In this document: positions 58,359 to 64,000 of the stretch, in pieces
How the letters are laid out: the number at the start of each line of letters is the position of its first letter
Position numbering within the stretch: position 1 is the first letter of the stretch
DNA from: Candidatus Eiseniibacteriota bacterium
GTDB taxonomy: Bacteria > Eisenbacteria > RBG-16-71-46
DNA length: 64,000 nucleotides
Direction: 5' to 3'
NCBI GenBank assembly: GCA_963776245.1
Contig: CAVZLN010000006.1
Coordinates: 512,001-576,000 of the forward strand
Program-made: the position numbers and the translations under genes
Notes under the pieces: generated by a model
The model's input: only the letters and a program-made list of their open reading frames with translations
Told to the model about the DNA's origin: nothing
The model's database searches: none

Positions 58359-59081
58359 TCAGGCCAGGTTGTGGAACACCCGCTGGACGTCGTCGTCCTG
58401 CTCGAGGGCGTCGATCATCTTGAGGACCTCGGTGGCGCGGTCCTCCGGGAGCTCGACAGGGCTGGACGGGATGTACTCGGATTCGGCCGAGAGGGGGGCC
58501 AGTTTGCGGTCCTCGAGGGCCTTCTGGAGCCGGCCGAAGTCGCCGAAGCCGCACCGGATGACGATCTGGGGCTCGCCCTTCTCGCCGACGCTCTCCCCCA
58601 TCTCCTCGAGACCGTGGTCGATGAGGTCGAGTTCGAGGGTCTCCGGGTCGAGCCCTTCCGGCTTGAGCCGGAACACCCCCATGCGCCGGAACAGGAATCC
58701 GACGCTCCCGGTCGAGCCCATGTTGCCGCCACCCTTGTTGAAATGGCTGCGGATGTTGGCGACCGTGCGCGTGGGATTGTCGGTCGCCGCTTCGACCAGC
58801 ACCGCCACGCCATGCGCCCCGTAGCCCTCGTAGAGGATCTCCTCGTAGCTCGCCACGTCCTGACCGGACGCCTTCTTGATCGCCGACTCGACCTTGTCCT
58901 TCGGCATATTGAGGGCGCGCGAGTTCTGGATGATGCGCCGCAGCGACGGGTTGTTCTCGGGGTTCGGCCCGCTCGCCCTCACCGCGATGGTGATCTCCTT
59001 GCCGATGCGGGCGAACGCCTTGGACATCTTGTCCCAGCGGGCGAACATCGTGGCTTTGCGGGTCTCGAAGATGCGTCCCAT
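58359..59081 (-). CDS. yebC: YebC/PmpR family protein
   Basis: [37 protein letters not shown]. Confidence 0.95.
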   Translation of the reverse strand: MGRIFETRKATMFARWDKMSKAFARIGKEITIAVRASGPNPENNPSLRRIIQNSRALNMPKDKVESAIKKASGQDVASYEEILYEGYGAHGVAVLVEAATDNPTRTVANIRSHFNKGGGNMGSTGSVGFLFRRMGVFRLKPEGLDPETLELDLIDHGLEEMGESVGEKGEPQIVIRCGFGDFGRLQKALEDRKLAPLSAESEYIPSSPVELPEDRATEVLKMIDALEQDDDVQRVFHNLA

Positions 59082-59347
59082 GATCGTTCCTGCGCGGAGA
59101 GGGCCTCGGATCGGGGCAGACCCGGTGGGGGCGGTCGGCGGAGTTCGGGCAGCGCGATGGCCGCCGCCGGCAGCGAGTGTCGCGCGCCCGGCACGTCCAA
59201 GTAAAGGCCCCGTCCCCGCGCTCGGACCCGCGGCCGGCCGGTCCGGGCCGGATTGACTCCGTCGCCGGGAACCGGAATCGTGCTCCCCTCGGGCGCGCTC
59301 GCTCATGAGAGTCACCCATCGCGCCCGGTCCGGAGGCCCTGGTTCCC

Positions 59348-60253
59348 ATGGATCTGCTGCGGCTGTTCGCGGACAACCTGCTGCCGGTGTTCCTGACCGC
59401 GGGCGCCGGCTACCTGATCGCGGCGACCCTGCGTCCCGATCCGCGCGGGCTCGCCCAGGTGGCGCTCTACGTGCTCGCCCCGTGCCTCATCTTCGAGGTC
59501 ATCCTCCAGAGTCGCGTGCCGGTCGGGCTCCTGCTGCGCATGATGGGGTTCGCCTCGGTGTGTCTCGTGCTTCCCGCGCTGGTCGCGGTCGCGGTCGCGC
59601 GCTGGCGGCGCTGGCCGCGCCCGCTGGCGAGCGCGGTCGTCCTCACCGTGCTGCTGACCAACGCCGGCAACTACGGGATGTCGGTCAACCTGATCGCCTT
59701 CGGGCAGGACGGGCTCGCCTACGCCAGCCTCTACTTCCTGACTTCCGCGATCATGAGCTACACCGTGGGCGTGTTCGTGGCCTCGCTCGGACGCACCAGC
59801 GTCCGCGCGTCGCTCGCCGGATTGCTGAAGGTGCCCACGGTGTGGGCCGTCGTGCTGGCGTTCGCGATGGTGCGCCTCGGGGTGACCCTGCCGGGACCCG
59901 CCGCGAGCGCCGTGCATCTGCTCGCGCAGGCGTGCGTGCCGGTGTTCCTCGTGGTGCTCGGCATGCAATTGCGGGGCGCGCGCATGAGGGGCCCGTGGCG
60001 TCCGGTCGTCTTCGCCACCGGGATGCGGCTGGCCGGCGGGGCGGCCGTGGGGCTCCTGGTCGCGCCGTGGTTCGGGCTCCACGGGGTCGCGCGCCAGGCG
60101 GGCGTGCTGCAGTCCTCGATGCCGTCCGCGGTCATCGGGACCATTCTCGCGACCGAATACGACGTCGAGCCCTCGCTGGTGACGTCGGTGGTGCTCCTCA
60201 CCACGCTGCTGAGCCCGTTCACGCTGACGCCGCTGCTCGCGTATCTGCGCTGA
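59348..60253 (+). CDS. AEC (auxin efflux carrier) family transporter
   Basis: About 10 TM helices, NAGNYG, SMPSAV. Confidence 0.85.
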   Translation: MDLLRLFADNLLPVFLTAGAGYLIAATLRPDPRGLAQVALYVLAPCLIFEVILQSRVPVGLLLRMMGFASVCLVLPALVAVAVARWRRWPRPLASAVVLTVLLTNAGNYGMSVNLIAFGQDGLAYASLYFLTSAIMSYTVGVFVASLGRTSVRASLAGLLKVPTVWAVVLAFAMVRLGVTLPGPAASAVHLLAQACVPVFLVVLGMQLRGARMRGPWRPVVFATGMRLAGGAAVGLLVAPWFGLHGVARQAGVLQSSMPSAVIGTILATEYDVEPSLVTSVVLLTTLLSPFTLTPLLAYLR

Positions 60254-60360
60254 TCGGCGCCGTGCGCGGCGTCCGGCGCGCCGCCCGCTCGTGTATGATG
60301 CCCGCGCTCCGGCCCGACCGTCCCATCGGGCGTGACGCCCCGGCACCGAGGCCCCATCCC

Positions 60361-60747
60361 ATGCTCCTGAACGTGCAGACCGCTCCGGGCGAGTTCCTCG
60401 ACCGTCTCGTCATCCTCGAGATCAAGTCCGAGCGGATCGCGGACCCGGGGAAGCTCGCCAACGTGCGCCGCGAGCTCGAGCTGCTGCGCGCCACCTGGGC
60501 CGCTTCGCCGCTCGCCGCGCGCGACGTCGCGGCATCGGTGGCCGCGCTCAAGGCGGTTAACGAGGCGCTGTGGGAGATCGAGGACCGCATCCGCGCCTGC
60601 GAGGCGGAAGCCCGCTTCGACGCCGAGTTCATCGACCTCGCTCGCTCGGTCTATCGCACCAACGACCGGCGCGCGGCGATCAAGCGCGAGCTGAACCTCG
60701 CGCTGGGGTCCGACCTGCTCGAGGAGAAATCGTACACCGAGTACTGA
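60361..60747 (+). CDS. DUF6165-like protein
   Basis: GEFLDRLVILEIK, LWEIEDRIR, ARSVYRTNDRR, EEKSY. Confidence 0.8.
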   Translation: MLLNVQTAPGEFLDRLVILEIKSERIADPGKLANVRRELELLRATWAASPLAARDVAASVAALKAVNEALWEIEDRIRACEAEARFDAEFIDLARSVYRTNDRRAAIKRELNLALGSDLLEEKSYTEY

Positions 60748-60810
60748 GACGCGGCGCGGGACCCCACGGGACTCCCCGGGCGGATCGGGGACGCGGCCGG
60801 GCAGGCGCCG

Positions 60811-60990
60811 TCACGACGCGATGATCGGGTGATCGGTGCCCTCCTCCTCCTCCCGCTCCATGTCCCGGAGCAGCCCGTTCACCATGCGCTCGAGCAGGCT
60901 CTGCACCGTGATGCCCTCCCGGCGCGCCTCCGCCTCGTAGGCGCGCAGGGCCTCCTCGCCGATCTCCACGCAGATATGGACTCTCGACAT
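60811..60990 (-). CDS. 59-aa putative ribbon-helix-helix protein (below ORF-track cutoff)
   Basis: AGGGGG RBS; MSRVHICVEIGEEALRAYEAEARREGITVQSLLERMVNGLLRDMEREEEEGTDHPIIAS. Confidence 0.65.
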   Translation of the reverse strand: MSRVHICVEIGEEALRAYEAEARREGITVQSLLERMVNGLLRDMEREEEEGTDHPIIAS

Positions 60991-61089
60991 GCGGGCACAT
61001 CCCCCCTGGCGGAGTCGCGCTCCGCCGACGCCCGGGGCGGGCGGGCCGCTCCCCGCAGCCGGCGGCCCCCCACGCCCGGGACTCGAGCG

Positions 61090-61482
61090 CTAGACCGCCG
61101 GGACCGCCTTGAACCCGTAGCACAGGATGCCGCCGTGTCCTTCCGCTCGCAGGCGGCGGAACACCAACGACACGTCCATGCCGGGCTGCACCGCCGACGG
61201 ATCGCAGTCCACCACCTGGGTCATGAGCCGCGCGCCTTCCGGGGTCTCCACCACGGCGACCACGTAAGGCGCCTCCATCTGGAAGTCGGTCGGGGCCACG
61301 GTCACGACGGTCGAGGTGATGACCTTGCCCTTCCACGACAGCTTGGTCTTCTCGAACTCGGTGCCTCGGCACGCCGGACAGATGCGGCGCGCCGGGAACA
61401 CCACCTTGCTGCACTTGCTGCAGCGCACCGCCTCGAGGCGATAGCGCGTCGGGATCTCTCGCCAGTATCTCGGGCTGGGCAT
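61090..61482 (-). CDS. DUF35 Zn-ribbon/OB-fold protein
   Basis: RYWREIPTRYRL, CSKC...CPAC, FRRL...YGFK. Confidence 0.92.
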   Translation of the reverse strand: MPSPRYWREIPTRYRLEAVRCSKCSKVVFPARRICPACRGTEFEKTKLSWKGKVITSTVVTVAPTDFQMEAPYVVAVVETPEGARLMTQVVDCDPSAVQPGMDVSLVFRRLRAEGHGGILCYGFKAVPAV

Positions 61483-61484
61483 GG

Positions 61485-62633
61485 TCACACCCCCTGGAAG
61501 ATGTGGACCACGGAGCTCGCTCCCGATCCACCCATGTTCTGCGACAGCCCGATGCGCGCGCCCTTCACCTGTCGCGCGCCGGCCTTGCCGCTCAGTTGCT
61601 CGTAGATCTCGATCGCCTGCGCGATCCCGGTGGCGCCCACCGGGTGGCCCTTGGACTTGAGCCCGCCGCTGGTGTTCACCGGGATGCGCCCGCCGAGCGC
61701 GGTGACGCCATCCTTCGCGGCGCTGCGCGCGCCCTTGCGATCCACCAGCCCGAGCGCCTCGATGCAGCAGATCTCGGCGATCGCGAAGCAGTCGTGCACC
61801 TCGGCGACCTGGATGTCGGCGGCCTTCAGCCCCGCCATCCGATAGGCGCGCTCGCCCGAGAGCGCCACCGCGTCGAGGAACGAGATGTCCTTGCGGTCGG
61901 CCAGGGCCAGCGTGCCGGTGGCCAGCCCGCTGCCCAGGATCTTCACCGGCCGATCGGTGTACTTCTTCGCCTGGTCGAGCGGACACAGCAGCACCGCGGC
62001 GGCGCCGTCGGTGACCGGCGAGCAGTGCAGCAGGCGCAGCGGGTCGGACACCACCGAGGAGCACATCACCTCGTCCAGCTTCACCTCGCGTCCGAACTGC
62101 GCCTTGGGGTTGAGCGCGCCGTGGCGGTGGTTCTTGACCGACACCCACGACAGGTCCTCGGGCGTCGTGCCGTAGGCCTGCATGTGGGCGCGCGCGATCA
62201 TGGCGTACAGCCCGGGGAAGGTGATGCCGTGATAGACCTCCTTCTCCTGGTCCGCCGCCGTGGCCAGCACCGCGGTGACGTCGGCGCCGTCGTTCATCTT
62301 CTCGATCCCGGCGGCCAGCACCAGGTCGCTGGCGCCGGAGGCGACCTCGAGGAACGCGGTGCGCAGCGCCACGCCTCCCGAGGCGCACGCCGACTCAACG
62401 TGCGTGGCCGCCACGCCGGCCATGCCCAGCTCGTCCGCGCACAGCGGGCCGATGTGCTCCTGCCCCACGAACTGCCCGCCCGACATGCAGCCCACCACGA
62501 TGGAATCGAGGTGGTCCGCCCGGGCGGCGCGCAGCGCTTCCAGCGCGGCCTCCGCGAACATGTCGCGCAGGCTCGATTCCCAGAGTTCTCCGAAGCGGGT
62601 CATCCCCGCCGCGACTATCGCCACTTCACGCAT
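61485..62633 (-). CDS. Archaeal-type acetyl-CoA acetyltransferase (thiolase)
   Basis: [36 protein letters not shown]. Confidence 0.92.
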   Translation of the reverse strand: MREVAIVAAGMTRFGELWESSLRDMFAEAALEALRAARADHLDSIVVGCMSGGQFVGQEHIGPLCADELGMAGVAATHVESACASGGVALRTAFLEVASGASDLVLAAGIEKMNDGADVTAVLATAADQEKEVYHGITFPGLYAMIARAHMQAYGTTPEDLSWVSVKNHRHGALNPKAQFGREVKLDEVMCSSVVSDPLRLLHCSPVTDGAAAVLLCPLDQAKKYTDRPVKILGSGLATGTLALADRKDISFLDAVALSGERAYRMAGLKAADIQVAEVHDCFAIAEICCIEALGLVDRKGARSAAKDGVTALGGRIPVNTSGGLKSKGHPVGATGIAQAIEIYEQLSGKAGARQVKGARIGLSQNMGGSGASSVVHIFQGV

Positions 62634-62649
62634 CGGGTCGTCCTCCCGG

Positions 62650-63696
62650 CTAGTCGTTCAGGATGATCTTCTCGCGGAACTTCGCGTACTCGCCGTACGT
62701 GAGGTACCGCCGCGGACCGTCGAGCATGGAGCGCACCGTGCGTGCGAGTCCGCGCCGTTCCGGGAGCAGCTTGGTGGCGCGCAGAGCGAACGAGTCGCTG
62801 CCCGCCCCCGAGCCGAACGAGGTGATGAGGATCAGGTCGCCCGGGTCGGCCACATCGAGCACCGCCGCGAGCCCCGTGGGGGACGAACCCGAGTAGGTGT
62901 TGCCCATGGTGTTCACGATCCAGCCGGTCGCCATCTGCTCGCGGGTGAAGCCGAGCTCCTTACCGACCGCGAGCGGGAACTTGCCGTTGGGCATGTGGAA
63001 GACGACGTGCTTGAAGTCGGCCGGCTTGCGGCCGGACTTCTGCAGCAGCGCCCGCGTCGCGCTGGAGACGTGCTTGAAGTACGCGGGCTCGCCGGTGAAG
63101 CGGCCACCGTGGCGCGGGTAGAACTGGCCCTCGCGCCGCCAGAAGTCGGGAGTGTCGGTGGTGAAACTGTAGGTCTCGAGCACCTCGACGAGCAGATCCT
63201 TCTGGCCGAAGATGTAGGCCGCGCCGCCCGCGGACGCCGAGAACTCGAGCGCGTCGTTGGGCGCGCCCTGGGAGGTGTCCGCGCCGATGCCCATCGCGTA
63301 CTCGACGCGACCCGACTCCACCAGGCCGAGGGCGACGAACATCGCCTCGGTCCCCGCCTTGCACGCGAACTCGAAGTCGGCGACGTGGACCTCGGGTGCG
63401 ATCCCCAGCGCCTCGATCACGGCGGTGCCGCTCGGCTTGACCGCGTACGGATGCGATTCCGAACCGATGTAGACGGCGCCGATGCGGGCCGGGTCGATGC
63501 GTGCCCGGGCCACCGCGTCGCGGCCCGCCGCCACCGAGATGGTGATGGTGTCCTCGTCGAGGCCGGGAACCGACTTCTCCTCGAGGAGAAGTCCCTTGCG
63601 GATCGTGTCGGGGTCCTTGCCCCACTGCCGAGCGATCTCCTCGGCCTTGATGCGGTTGCGCGGGATGTACGCGCCGTAGCCGACGATGCCTGCCAT
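62650..63696 (-). CDS. Archaeal-type hydroxymethylglutaryl-CoA synthase
   Basis: [61 protein letters not shown]. Confidence 0.92.
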   Translation of the reverse strand: MAGIVGYGAYIPRNRIKAEEIARQWGKDPDTIRKGLLLEEKSVPGLDEDTITISVAAGRDAVARARIDPARIGAVYIGSESHPYAVKPSGTAVIEALGIAPEVHVADFEFACKAGTEAMFVALGLVESGRVEYAMGIGADTSQGAPNDALEFSASAGGAAYIFGQKDLLVEVLETYSFTTDTPDFWRREGQFYPRHGGRFTGEPAYFKHVSSATRALLQKSGRKPADFKHVVFHMPNGKFPLAVGKELGFTREQMATGWIVNTMGNTYSGSSPTGLAAVLDVADPGDLILITSFGSGAGSDSFALRATKLLPERRGLARTVRSMLDGPRRYLTYGEYAKFREKIILND

Positions 63697-63923
63697 GTGC
63701 GCTCCTCGGGGTGACGGGCGCCGCGCGGCCCGCCCGGTGGCCGGGCGGGGCGGCGCAACGCTGCTCCAGCGGTGAACCTGGGTGGTAATCGGATCCGGAA
63801 CGCGGAGGGACGGAACGCGGCAACCGGTCAGCGCTCCCCGCGGCCTCGGGTCGGTTTCGGAGCCTAGCAGATTCCGCGCGGGCCGACCGCAATCGCCGCG
63901 CGCCCTCGGCGCGCAGTCCCCTC

Positions 63924-64000
63924 CTACGGGCTCACCGTGAACGGCACCGACGCTTGCGTGGTGTCCCAGTCGAGGTTCAGCACCCCGCCCTTCGGGCCCG
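63924..64000 (-). CDS. C-terminal end of a CDS, possibly DUF2911 family
   Basis: ...[24 protein letters not shown]; only 24 codons visible. Confidence 0.45.
   Translation of the reverse strand, partial: GPKGGVLNLDWDTTQASVPFTVSP

Noticed and set aside
61090..63696. PhlABC (DAPG) biosynthetic cluster
   Set aside because: No type III PKS (phlD) nearby, and the HMGS retains the catalytic Glu/Cys/His motifs typical of true archaeal HMG-CoA synthase.
63796..63820. Direct repeat cggaacgcgg x2 upstream of HMGS
   Set aside because: A 10-bp repeat in GC-rich DNA is too weak to call an operator without conservation data.

Overview
Very GC-rich bacterial chromosomal window with about 58 genes. No rRNA, tRNA, CRISPR array, transposase or phage genes were seen. 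The PorV-like barrel, FlgD-Ig/T9SS-type C-terminal domains and Ser/Thr kinase-TolB protein suggest an FCB-associated lineage such as Ca. Eisenbacteria (inference only). Content in order: etfA/etfB; a tandem XRE-cupin regulator pair; a 2-hydroxyacid dehydrogenase-mobA-lysA operon; an outer-membrane barrel plus heterodimeric ABC exporter; an acyl-CoA ligase with a stand-alone AAA_assoc_C-like gene; a divergent deacetylase-like/GT-C pair; macAB-like genes with no ATPase; mntR-mntH with a DtxR-type operator; a Ser/Thr kinase; a rearranged 2-oxoacid dehydrogenase cluster containing a prolyl oligopeptidase; crcB-DUF190. Next is the most interesting block: a putative sigma54 operon (FN3x2 protein, FN3+T9SS-type CTD protein, PorV-like barrel fused to LysM) divergent from a complete type IV pilus/T2SS-like operon (atypical pilT, MshEN-pilB, pilC, pilA, a lower-GC minor pilin cassette, pilMNOPQ, pilD). 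The window ends with fabH, an RND pump, a CTD-bearing multicopper oxidase, yebC, an AEC transporter, a 59-aa RHH-like protein missing from the ORF track, and an archaeal-type HMG-CoA synthase-thiolase-DUF35 operon. Several genes (E1-alpha, pilX-like, fabH) carry single-base frameshifts that look like assembly indel errors.
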